Origin: Bugula neritina
Lineage: Eukaryota; Animalia; Bryozoa
DNA length: 64,000 nucleotides
Assembly: GCA_964035545.1 (NCBI GenBank)
Contig: OZ037771.1
Span: forward strand, 13,577,133-13,641,132
Direction of reading: 5' to 3'
Shown: positions 19,686-32,439 of the stretch, piece after piece
Position numbering within the stretch: position 1 is the first letter of the stretch
Layout: each line of letters opens with the position of its first letter
Program-made: the position numbers and the translations under genes
The notes under the pieces: generated by a model
Databases searched by the model: none
The model's input: only the letters and a program-made list of their open reading frames with translations
Told to the model about the DNA's origin: nothing

Positions 19686-21382
19686 AATTCGTATCCATAT
19701 TAGGCTTTTTTGCAATTAAGGAAAAATAAATTTGAAAAACAACACACTTTTTTTGCATAGGATTAAAAATTTATTAATTGGGAAATATTAAAATATGCAT
19801 ATCTATATTCTAGATTATAGTAAGGTCAAAAATGTTTCAAAAAGTAATTCTAGTTACTTGAATTTAAGGCAAACATAACATGTTTAGTTAAGCATTCATG
19901 CTTATTAAATTTATTTACCGTTTTTGCTATTATTTAAATTGATTAGCTATTAATATGGATACATTTGTGCTGTTTTTAATACTTGCCAATACAGCTGAAT
20001 GTTGCGGTTTTGGTTTATTTTATATTTATTATTTAATAAAATATATATTAATGAAATTATTTGTCCCTGGACTTTCCTTTTACTGTTTTTATATAGATTA
20101 TTAGCATTATAAGATAATTTAATAAAATTATAGAATGCAGTATTATGAAATATACATTAATACTATAAAATATATTGGGCATCTTATATAATTGTAGTAT
20201 AGTATATAATATGATATAATGAAATGTGATAAAATATAATGTAATTATATAAAACATGATGTATAACGGAATATATGATAAATATAATGTAACATAATAT
20301 TATATACAATACTGTAATAAAAGAAAATATATAAATATATTATAAACATGCATTATACTGCAACATAATATTCTGATGTATTAATATATAATCCAACATA
20401 TACTACAATATAATATATTGAAATATAATAATATAATAAAATGTAGTATATTATAATATTATAATACTAGGTTATAACATAAAATTACCTATACAACATA
20501 ATATACAATCTAATATGTAATATATTATACTAATATGCAGTATATTCTAAAAATATATGATGTAATATATTACATCATATATGTTCTAATATAGGTATTA
20601 TATTGTCACAAAACATTAAACTAAATAATACCATGCATATTAATTTGATATTAAATGTTACAAAATAATATACCATGATGATAAATAATTTAAAATAACA
20701 TGATCAAATATAATATATAATACAGTTATTGATATATTATAAAATTTTCTTTATACTCAATATAGTTATAAGCAAAATATACATATTTAAATTAATCAGA
20801 AAGTAATGTGAGTTGTCATAGTATATAGAACTAGTATTATTCTGATTAAGTATAGGTAAAAGGTAACTTTGTTATAATAGGCTATAATATACTATATTTT
20901 CTTCTCTATATAATGTATCTTTTGCTTTGTCCTGTTGGGGTAGCGAGAGGCTACAATATACTATATAATACTATATACTTGATAAGGATCTCCAAAAATT
21001 GCAGGAGAAAAATTTTATAAAAACTTATAATGCATATGTCATTTCAATATAATATGTATTTACAGCTTCTTCAGTTCTAAATTCTATAATAGAAAATGCC
21101 AAAAGCTGTTAAAATTTTGCTGCATGCGTTATTGGCAGCTCAAATATAAATATAGGTGAAAAATAGTAAAAGTGCATGAAAGCATTGGGACTTATAGTTC
21201 AATATGATGCTATATACAACATGCAAACTTTTTATCCCCAAATTATAAATTCTTGTTTTTCTGTCTACAGAAGCTATGGCAATTAGGTTTTTGAACTTTA
21301 ATTTTAATGGAAATCCGTTATCAAAATATAATGCTATATACAAATATGTATGCTTAGGTTTTCTTTTCTAAACATATAAAAG

Positions 21383-21578
21383 CTCACGCAAGTTTATAGT
21401 CCATATCCTCTTGAGAAAAATGCGCTGAAAAAAGTTTTTGAATAATGCAGGCTAAGTACTTGTTTAAATGAGGCACAGGGGCAATTATAACTGCAATTAA
21501 CTTTTTCTAACATCACCAATGGCCCTGGTCTGGCTCGAACAAATGACTTTATGTTTACTAAGCAAACACTCTAACCCC
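21383..21578 (-). mobile_element. SINE family 1 copy
   Basis: CTCACGCAAGTTTATAGT...AATGAGGCACAGG.GCAATTAT...TAACATCACCAATGGCC...GGCTCGAAC. Confidence 0.85.
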
Positions 21579-21912
21579 TCTTTTGTAAACATATATTAAA
21601 CAATAACGTGATTTGCCAGCGACCTTACATTACTTAGTTGATTAACTTATAAGATTTGTATGCAAAACTAACTAAATATTTGATATAATGCAAGAATTTT
21701 CTTTTATTGCAATAATAACAAACGCTACGAAATTGATACTTCAAACGTGCAAAACTTGAAAATAATAGCCTTTACCTCAACTTTATCATCTGAACTGATG
21801 CTTAGCAAGCCTTGTAATTATAGTAATTTATATATTTACAAGTTATCTCAACATAGAAGAAGAATATGGTGTTAGACTGAATTAGCTACTGCAGTCACTA
21901 TAAACTGTGGAT

Positions 21913-24418
21913 ATGATGGCTTGGTGTTATTTTGTGATTGTGAGTAAAATAATCTTTTCATTTGTATACAAATTGGTATATATTAAATAACAGTTAATTA
22001 TATTTGTAAATATACTTAATAGTATAAATAAATATACATTTCATATAATAATTTGGAAAAAGTGAAGTAAAATTAAGTATTTATAATATTTTAGATTTTA
22101 TCAGCTTTTATCAAAGGACTAGAAGCTGGTTCAAACATCAAACCTGGGTATGATATTTAGTATCTCCTTCTAAACAATATATCGCATTCTATAATTTATT
22201 ATAATATTACATAATTAAAATGTTCTTTTCAGGCTGTTATATGTTATCTAAAACAATTTTAGTTGTTATAAAATTACAATACTTTAAATCATAATATAAT
22301 ATATATATATTTCGACCTAGCAATTTGAACATTATCTTCTTTTCATTTATTCGTTCATGCAATTTCTAAAACTTTATTTTGATTGTCATCTAATTTGCAC
22401 TGTTTTTAATAATATTTGTGTTTGTAGTATCTTATACAACCATGCTGAACTGTTCATCAAGACAAATGCCCCTGTTTTCCACATAGAGTTTGACCAGTAT
22501 AAAAGTGATGGCAGCCTTTTAATTGGCACCAACAATCATCTTCAAACTGCTAACATTAGACAAATTGAAGACCTGGCATCACTATTGGTAACAGGGTTTG
22601 CACAAGCGAATACAACACATGCCTTTATAGTAGACAACCAGAAGCACTGCATCAAAGTGATAAATAGGGAGAATAATCAATTGAGAGACTTTGCAGGAAC
22701 TTGTGGCACTAGTGGCTATGCAGAAGGTCGACTGGGTGTAGGCAGGTTCCATAAACCGTGGGGTATCACAGCTGATGTTAGAGACCCAGACAGACTTCTG
22801 GTAGCCGATAAGAGTAACCACGCTATAAGGTCGGTTAATCTGAGAACAGGAGAAGTGGGTACGCTGAGAAATAACGGATTTTACTTTCCTAAAAGTATGC
22901 AATGGGAAGGTCCAATCCTCATGGTGACTAACTATAACTTTATCACAATGGTTGCCTGGTGGACAAATGGAGAAGTTACCAACACTCACATGGCTGGAAC
23001 AAGAAAGAAAGGAGACACTTTTGGCCATTTTGATGTAGCTCAATTCGGAACTCTTACGGATGCAGAAAGAGTGAGAGAAAACCAATATCTTGTTGCTGAT
23101 TTTGAAAACAGAAAATTGAAAATTCTTGATATGATCAATGGAGTTGTCAGTCCGGTCTGCTTTAGAGGACCCACTACAGAATGTACCTTTCCTCACCAGC
23201 CGATTTCTATGTTGAATCTTGGCAATACTCTGTATGTTGGGACACAGAAATGCATCCACAAACTAACTGGTGAGTTAGACTAATTGTATAAAGTACATGA
23301 TAATAAGTTCTACATTTAGTCTCGTAAGTTTTATAAGCTAACGTGAAACAGTATATAATATTTTGAAATGCAGAAATAAGTTATAGATTTAAACATGAAT
23401 TGAATAATAAAAAAGAATTTTAGTTTTTTTGCAGTTTTATTTTAAACCCCAACTTTGTAAATTCAACTTTAACTATTGATAACCGTATTTAATAATCTTT
23501 TTTAATAATAATATATATTTTTATGCTTATTATTAGAGTTTCGAGAGGCGAGAAGGCTTTTATTCACTGGGAAGTATGATGTAGACTGTCATGAAATAAA
23601 TAGTGATAGTAACAGAAGACTCGGAATGGAAAATACACTGGGTAGAAGAAGAGCGGAACTCCAAACTGTCTGCGGATTTGGTACGTGTGAATAGAATTAT
23701 TACTAGTCATGTGTACACAACTCTTAACTAGTAAAACATAAATTTCCACAAGCTTGCGGAAGTTTTCAAGGAGTTCAAAGTATATCTGAATATAGGTTTG
23801 CAAAACTCTAATATATATAAAGAGGTCTCACTGTTGTGAATTGGGTTAAAACAATGATTCATAATTTGAGGGAAATGGTGAAAATCTAGTCTATAAAACT
23901 TCCTTATAGAAAATGCTTGAAAACACACATTATATGTCAGTAAATCAAACAGAAATATTAAAACGGTGATTCTAGGGATGAGTAACCATAAAATTATATA
24001 TCACTGCGCTCCCATATGGCTTCAAATAAAATTTCGTCGCTTAATTCAATTTGCATCAAATTTGCAGTGTATGAGTGGTAAGTTTAAATAGTGATAATGA
24101 ACTTTGAGCTGTTGATTCATGCTTCTACTTTCTAAGTCTTGCTTTGGTAGAGCTTTGAGTTTTAGTACCTAATAAGCTGTTTAACCAATGACAGTCTTTC
24201 TTTATTTAGACTGCATAATGTCGCTCACATTGCAACCTTCATACAAGTGCTATGAGGACCAACTGACTGTGTATTGGCCTACAGATAAGATTTTTCATCC
24301 AGAGACTAAAGAGTTACCAAAGCCATTGGCAGACAAGTTACAACATGGAATTTATCAATCAGAAACTCTAACGAATGTTGGTATTTCCTTTGAGCTGTCT
24401 GAAATCTTTGTTTTGTAA
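21913..24418 (+). CDS. Secreted NHL beta-propeller protein, paralog 2 (~424 aa, no HYR-like module)
   Basis: Exons 21913..21939, 22095..22147, 22428..23269, 23537..23680, 24210..24418; 1275 nt in frame; same intron phases as paralog 1. Confidence 0.87.
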
Positions 24419-25842
24419 AAATATGCAAAATAATTAAATTTTGTTACAATTATAATAAGCATATGGAAGAAAATTATACATGTTGAGGGTTGACAATAAT
24501 AATATAAGCAATGGACTTTGTTGTTTGTTTGCTAATAATTATGATTTTGCTTAGCTATATTTACATAAATAGGCCACTATATAATCATATAAGATATTAA
24601 GGTATTGGTACTGTTGGTGTTTCTAATAAAATTGTAAAATATATGAAAAATATATCTGCATTAACAAATATATAATTCAAATCATAAAAAGAAGATCTTA
24701 TATAATGTTTTGCAAGGTTACATTATATATATACATAGCTCTTAAGTTAAAGTTAACAAAGTTAACATTTGATTTATAATGTTTTTGGGACATTTTGGGA
24801 GTAATTGAATGATTGAAGTTCAAACACATTTCTCAACAGCTTTGAAGTCAAGAGAACACAATCCCATACTGTAATGATGGCCATGATGGGGAGATGTGTG
24901 AGTTATTACACACAGCCAGTTGCAAAAAGGAAATTATTATATAATTATTGTTACTTACAATAACACCCCTGATGCACTCTACCATAATTTGAATCTATAT
25001 AATAAATATGTCATAAATTACCCACAACTGGGTGGGTCTGAGTCTTTAAGCAAACTGCGTGGTGCTGCACACACTAATAACATGTTATGTACTTCTTACA
25101 TAATAAAAATGAATGTTAAGTATATAAATGTACTGTTTAAGATATTGCATAAACAACCTACCTGCTGTATAGTGGCTTAACTCTTATCATTATGGTTGTT
25201 TCTAAACTACTAATTATATACGAATCCACCCAACTGTAATTGTTTGTTATTAGTGTGTCAAATGCTGGCTCAAATCAGTACACCACAAAAACGTACATAG
25301 CTAGAAAACTGGTTGACACTGGAAAACTGGCATAATGCTTATTGTTTAGTCTCATATTTTTTATCTTAGATTTAGGTAAATAAATTGCATGTCAATTTTA
25401 AGTTATGTTTCATATAAATAATGATACAGTAATATGGTTTAATATTATATTGATGGCAATATATATTCAGTTTTGGTATAGGTTAAAACATTTTCAGTAG
25501 CATTAGGATAGATAACTCCAGCTTTTCAGCACAAAATAAAATGCATGCAGTTTCACATTGAAATAAATATTGTAATTGATATTAAGTCAACATTACCATT
25601 TAATACCTGTGTACTATATAGTATTATTATAAAATTATAGCTGGAAACATTTAAATTATATCGTGTGGATTACAGTAAGAATAGGTATTAGTTTTACACA
25701 GATTATAGCTGTATGCACAGAACTCATACAGAGGTTTACACATTAGTTACTGCATGTAGAGTGTATTGGACATTAATACCATATACATGCTACTGTGCAT
25801 CAAAGAATAAAGGTGCTTTTACTTAGCTGTGTATATTATACA

Positions 25843-26270
25843 CAGGGTTAGGGTAATTGTATTTGGTTAAAATTAATTACATTTTTTTTCAAGTAATTGA
25901 CGTATAGAAATGTGATTTTAATTAATTGCATAGCTAATTAAATTGATTTTTACAACTACGTTATAATATTACTTAACAAGTTTTTCAAACTTTTAAATCT
26001 TATAGAATTCATACTTTTTCTATCATGCCTACTGGTTAATAAAAAATTTAGATTAACTAAATGTGATTTTGAATCACCCTATTATTGGCTGTTGCGAACA
26101 AAATAGTTGAACCCCAAGAGTCAGATTATGCAACTTCTATTTACCCCTTGTGAGAACAAAAGTAATTGTAATAAATTGCAATAATTTTAGATTTAATTAT
26201 GATCATAATTGACAAATTTTCATGCTATTGTAATTACAATTGCATTCATATGTAATTGACCCCAACCCTG
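25843..26270. mobile_element. Non-autonomous DNA element with CAGGGTT(A/G)GGGT termini
   Basis: CAGGGTTAGGGTAATT at 25843 and AATTGACCCCAACCCTG at 26270 are inverted; repeated GTAATTG/AATTAC subterminal motifs; no clean TSD. Confidence 0.7.
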
Positions 26271-26531
26271 AATTACTACAATAGTAGGTTTTTCTGTTTG
26301 ATTATGCAGACTAAGGTACTTTAATTGTACACTTTTATTAATATTTGAAAAGGACACAGAGTTATAAACGTATTTCGAGTCTTTTAGGTAATCAATTTAT
26401 TGATAGAACAATTATTAATTAAATTACAGCTGCATTTCCTATCCAAAAAAATTGAGCATTATATAAGGTGAAGAATTACTTAAATGAAGATATCCCTTGC
26501 GACATCATTGTGCATATAGTAAAAGAGTTTC

Positions 26532-29500
26532 TTAAACACAGACATCCCTTGCGACATCATACGACTTTCTGTTATTAGCACAGGCTGAGTAAAGAGTAAC
26601 TTGAACAGCTTTGTTGTTTGCACCCTTTGCAGCAGCAATCACCCTGGTAAAAGCAGCTTATACTAAAGCAACAAAAACTAGTTCTATTTAAAACATTAGC
26701 AGGACATACAAAAACTCACTCAAGCAAGTTTATTGTAGTTGCTATCCCTGTGAGAAACCCCTGATGAAAAAGGTTTTTGTTAGAACAGGCTATAAGAACT
26801 TTTTAAATGAGACACAGGAACAATTATGACTAGATGCTCTTTTTAACATCACCAATGACCTTTACTAGCACTTGAACCCATGACTTTGTGTTCAATAGGC
26901 AAACGATTTGACCCCTAGGGCCTAGACCATGCTTAGCATAATATACAAGTCAACCTTTAATTAATGCTGAACACATTAAAGAACTTACGGAGGGCTATGA
27001 TACAGAATAAAGATCTCCATGTTTATCATGGAGTCAATTGCTTCAATTCGCTGTTCCAGTTGGTTAACCAGTTCCGTAGGTGGCTGATGGACATCTATAG
27101 GGAACATGACGTCTGTAGGCCAGTACACAGTCAGCTGACCGTCTGTGCACTCAGAGAAAGGCATCATGTTGTCTGACATAGTACAATCTATAGAATAAGA
27201 CAAATAATTATTACTCTCTTTGCACTACCTTTCTATATATAATAAAAGACACATTCATAGCTTAGCTTTAGAAGTTACCTTCTCCACACACGGTCAGGAG
27301 TTGAGCTCTTCTATGGAGCAAGGTGTTTCTGAGCACAATTCTGGTGTCTGAATCGTATTCTAGCAGATTGCATCTTACTTCATATACAGACTTAAATGAC
27401 AGCCTTCTTACAATGGGTGATTCTACAACATGCAGTAACCCTAGTATCAACAGTAATACATATATAGCTGTATACAGCATCATACATAATCATGACACAT
27501 AGCTTTATATTATATATAACACCACACATAGCTTTATATTATATATAACACCACACATAGCTTTATATTATATATAAAACCACACATAGCTTTATATTAT
27601 ATATAACACCACACATAGCTTTATATTATATATAACACCACACATAGCTTTACATTATATATAAAACCACACATAGCTTTATATTATATATAACACCACA
27701 CATAACATCAGTAGTATGATACAAAAAATGGATAAAATTTAGTTGGAAATGTTTGATACAAGAAAAAAATTCTTTGTTAAAACAGTTGTCTAAGTTTGGT
27801 ATATTTGTATAAAATGTAAATTTGGAAAATAAAGGAATTGTATTTATTTTGATAACTTACTCATTACATTAAAGTGTTCTTTACAAAGCAGAGAGCCATG
27901 ATCTTTTGGCAGAGTGTATTGACCTTCTGAAAGGTCAATAGTGAGTCCATTATCTAGACTGAAGGTCAACTTGCGACGACCAGGGATAATGTAGACGGTT
28001 GCATTTCCACTGTCAGGGCACTCCACGGGAAAACCAATCTCTGAACTCACACCTGGATAAAATGAAAAATTTTCTTGATAATTTCAGACTCTTAAATTTA
28101 AACAGAATAAAGCTGATGATGAAATTTATCATTTATTTTGTACAACATAATATTTTCTTCCAGAATTGTGTTGACTTGAAGTTCATTTAATATCTAATAT
28201 ATATTACATAAATTCTACATAATGTTGCATTTATCTGCATTTCAACAGTTTAATAGATACTAGACATGCTAACCTTTCAGCTTATATAATGCTGTTGAAA
28301 GTGCAACGTAGATTGTTTCATCTCCTAATTTGAGCATTGGAGCTTTAGTGGCTGGTCTTGGGAGAGCACTGCTATTAGTTGTACAATTATCTTCCTGATA
28401 AATACAGAAGGGTTTTACACGTCCTTCATTAAAATCTACCAGCTTCAGTTTTCTACTTCCTGTATCATCAACTAGAAACATCTTTTCTCTCAATCTCACA
28501 AGATTAGAACTTCGTCTGACTTTGGATTCATCGGTTGTTCCATAGACATCACCCGGCCGTGAAAAAGCAACTTTATAGTTGGCAATGGTTCCGTTATCAA
28601 ACCATCTCACACTTGAAATGTAAACATTATTGGTTACCAGGAGATGATCGCTTGCCCACAAGAGTCCTAGAGGCATTTCAAACCCGGAATCAATCACTGT
28701 GCGTACTTCCCCTGTAGAGATACTTACAGACCTCAGAGCATTGTTTGCGCTATCTGTAACCAGAACTTGACCTGCATTCCTAGTGTCAACCACAACAGAC
28801 TTCGGATTATCAAATTTTCCAGTACCTATAAGTCCATCAGAATAACCAGAGGTACCGCATGTTCCAGCTAGAACCACTATGTGGTTGGTGACTCTGTCCA
28901 ACATTCTAAGACATTGATGCCTGCCATCTATTAACACCACATGTGTGGCGTTAATCTGTGCAAAACCGTGTATGTCCATGGAGGGTGTGAGAGCCCAAAT
29001 ATTGTTTCCGTTGGTTGTGATAAGACCGGTAGCTGTACCAATGAGAATCTGGAAGTTGTACAGATATCTGTCTACATCCATGTGATGTATAACGGAGGAA
29101 AGATTCAAAGGGTTGTTGTCTAACACATATATCATTTTGGAAGAGCTAAAATAGAATACTATCGTAAATAAAATAAGAATACAATTTTAAAGAAAGCTAA
29201 CTATATATGATGACATAACAGTTGAATAAACATGAGCTGCTAATTACTATTTGTTAGTTGTCTACTCTAGCAGCACAAGAGCTATACGCAGCAAAAATTA
29301 ACTTTTTTTATTCATAATTTAGAGAAAGAAGAAGGTTCATGAAATATTTAATGTTTTTTAAAATTATAATGAAAGTTTACAGGTAGCCTACTTTTCAAGC
29401 AAATATTTAAAAGATTGCTAAAAAAATATTTCTAATAGAATCGACATATATCAATAAATTTTGATTTTGGATTGATAAATTTTCTTCTGGCTATGATAAT

Positions 29501-30414
29501 ATTTTTAGCAATATTAAAAATAATATTTATACTATCATTTGGAATTTGTAAATTTGAAGCTTATAGACCCAGTATAAAACATTGTATAGTTGTTACTCAA
29601 TTTGTATTTTTAATAGCAAAAGGTTTCTACAAAATATGCTTTTTGATGCATGTTGCTCATTATACTAACAGCAAAACATATATATTTGCCATTTATTTGA
29701 TGTTTCTATGATTAAATTATGAATTCTTTATAATTCAACTTACTTTTCGGCACTAGATGTAAAACCTGGCAATGCAAGCAAATAGCCAACTCTTTAAATA
29801 TATTTTAGGTAAAATGGCAAGCAGGTAATAATATCACAATTAGCAATAATGTCACAAGTGAAAAAATTAAATAGAATGATGAGATACTGATGTTAAATTT
29901 GCCCAAACTCAAACCCCCATCCCAAAATCTTCAACCCCAAACCACAATCTTGAAAATGTGCCATTTTTACCTACTTATCAATTTGGGTCATTAATTATTA
30001 CCTGTGCCAGTTTTACCAAACGCCCTTTAAACAATATTGAGTGCTAATTGTTACCTTATTATAGTTGCTACTAATACTGATTAAGAAAAACCTTAACAAT
30101 TGAAGCACATATAATAAATTAAATACAAAAAATAAATAATTGCATGAATTGCACGATTATGAAATCACCTTGAGTTATTGGTTTACATATTATCTATATA
30201 ATATTAATTTCCTGAGGAAACAACAATCAAACTTACCTTGACTGAGCATTTCCAAAGCTTGTCAAAGCCAATAGCATCTAAAAAGTTAAAAATGAATTAT
30301 ATTATTATGTAAAAGTTATATATATAGCTAATTAATATTTCAACTTATTCAAAATTTAAACTATTTTTAAATAGTTTTACTACTCACTGAAATGACGTTC
30401 CACAGTTTCATCAT
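26532..30414 (-). CDS. Secreted NHL beta-propeller protein, paralog 3 (~524 aa, one HYR-like module)
   Basis: Exons 30414..30388, 30277..30237, 29145..28274, 28040..27861 (alternative acceptor 28052), 27422..27279, 27187..26989, 26643..26532; 1575 nt in frame. Signal MMKLWNVISMLLALTSFGNA. Confidence 0.85.
26713..26930 (-). mobile_element. SINE family 1 copy (last intron of propeller gene 3)
   Basis: GTGAGAAACCCCTGATGAAAA...CAATTATGACTAGATGCTCTT..TAACATCACCAATG...CCCCTAG. Confidence 0.85.
27495..27704. repeat. 29-bp minisatellite, ~7 copies
   Basis: CACACATAGCTTTATATTATATATAA(C/A)AC head-to-tail, AGCTTT every 29 bp, no spacers. Confidence 0.95.
29806..30025 (-). mobile_element. GGTAAAAATGGCACA-family MITE-like repeat (intron 2 of propeller gene 3)
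   Basis: Reverse complement of the 720..944 element, including CTGATGTTAAA..CCCAAAC and TGTGCCATTTTTACC. Confidence 0.65.
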
Positions 30415-31394
30415 TTTCCTCTCAAAGTCGTATAGTGTCTGGCAACTAACTTACAGCTGGTATACTCTAGTCCTTGTCATTACTTGAAGTGTAACTGGCA
30501 CTTACTTTAACAGTTCCTTTGACTGTAATTATATGTTAGGTATATAATTACATGCGTACTGTAGTAGACCCCAAAGTATTGTTACATCTTTATAATCCTT
30601 TAAAGGACTCTTTAGTAAACACCCTAAATAATAGTTGCAAGAACTGAAAACTTTAGAAATGGTTTTACTAACTTATTTTAAATGCACAGTACTAAATTGC
30701 TCAGGCTAAATTCAGTTAATTCATTGCAATACCAACATGCACTTTCATACATAGCTAATTTAAAAAAGAGTATACATTTTTTATTAACTGAAATTTATTA
30801 ATTTAAAAGCATGCAGTTTAAAACAAACATATTTTTTAGAAACAAGCTGCTGATTTGGCAATAATTTAGGACTGTTTTAAATTGAAGGTACAGCTGTCAT
30901 AATATTTTACTACTTTCAAGAATTAAATTAATAAAGAAGATTAATGCACAGTAAAGGAAAGATATTTATACTTGAATCAAAGTGCATAATTAAATAGTTA
31001 TTGCAGGAAAACTTCAACATTTAATTTCATTAATGTTAAAGATTTCGAGTATATAGCTAAAGTCATTTATTTTACATTATACATTGCTAGGTTTAATTGC
31101 TTTGAGTAACTAAAAATTAATTGTATGAAATTAAAAACTTTTAGAGGAAAAAACTACAGTAATTTAGGACTCATACAGTTGCATTTTTATTCAATATGGT
31201 AAGAAATAACTATAAGAAAGACTGCATAAGGTTTTTGCCAATGAATTATTAAAGAATAATTTAATTAAAGAATACAATCCATCTGTTTTAAAAGGTTTAC
31301 ATTATAACCACTGTACAATAATATGACTTAGAGCAGTGGCAAATTTATAATGAAACACATAGCAATGTTGGGATGCAATTTTCTGTTGTGTAGT

Positions 31395-31670
31395 GGTCCC
31401 TGTGGTGTAATGGTTAGCATACTTGTTTGCAAGCTGGAGGCCTCGGCTCGAATCACAGTGGGGGCAATTATTTTACATGTTGCAGTATCAAAATGTATAA
31501 TTATAAGTTATACCTGATAGATGGAACATGTAATTTATTTAGCCTTTAAGACAGCTGCGATTTTTCCAGTAACGTGTGAAAAATAATTGCCGCCACTTGG
31601 AATCGAACCCAAGTCCTCTGGCTTGCTAGCAAGTGTCCTACCATGATTACACCAATACACCACCGGAGCT
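31395..31670. mobile_element. Inverted pair of tRNA-like repeats (family 2)
   Basis: Plus copy GGTCCCTGTGGTGTAATGGTTAGCA..GGCTCGAATC..GGGGGCAATTATTTT. Minus copy ..GGTGTAATCATGGTAGGACAC..GGGTTCGATTCCAAGTGGCGGCAATTATTTT. Confidence 0.7.
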
Positions 31671-32439
31671 AGGAGGAGTTACAGCTAGAAGAGTTACAAC
31701 ATTGGATCTTATCAATCAGCTTGTGGCTTTCTAATCTAAATTTGCAAACTTTCATTAGCTTTTATATTATGCGATATTTACATTAGAAACATTTTATTGT
31801 AACAAGTATAATAGCTTATAGCTTTCTGCATGTTTGAAGGGAGGGGGGGGGGCAAGGGTGGGCCTCTCACTGCCTTATTTATAACAAGATTTAAGGGCTT
31901 TCAAAGAGACCTTCTAATCTATTATTATTGCTGGCATGCTGGGAGTGAAACCCATGACTGTGCAGTCACCAGAAAAACAATTCAATTACTAGACTCCAAC
32001 TTATTCTCATGTTTTTCAATTGCAGAAGCAAAAATATTGGCCAGAAGTTTTATAGCAATTCCAAAACAATGTGTTTTCTGTAAAATTTAAAATCAAATTA
32101 AATAAATGATTTTCAGAATGTTTGAAGAGTTTACTATAATAAAAATAACTATGTAATATAATATTATCATAAGTTTTCTATAATAATATATTACAATGAC
32201 AAAAATAGGTTATCATAATAATATTATTTTTAGTATTAAAAGATTTCATATACAAAAAACAACTGTTGTAATTTATTAATACAATAAAAAAGATAACATG
32301 CAGAAAAGCACGAAAATCAAACTAGCAATAATAACATGTATTTCATTATAAAAGAATTTGTAACATTTTGGTAAGACTCAAGCTTTAAAAATATGTACTA
32401 GTATTTTGCCTATATGACTATATAAGCTATCTGTGACCC

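Noticed and set aside
22582-23259. 225-aa antisense ORF, and similar ones at 17622, 17970, 40878, 52828, 59235 and 60794
   Set aside because: Shadows of real exons on the opposite strand; no motifs and not conserved among paralogs.
27495-27704. Regular ~29-bp repeats resembling a CRISPR array
   Set aside because: Head-to-tail units with no unique spacers, intronic in a eukaryotic gene, no cas genes.
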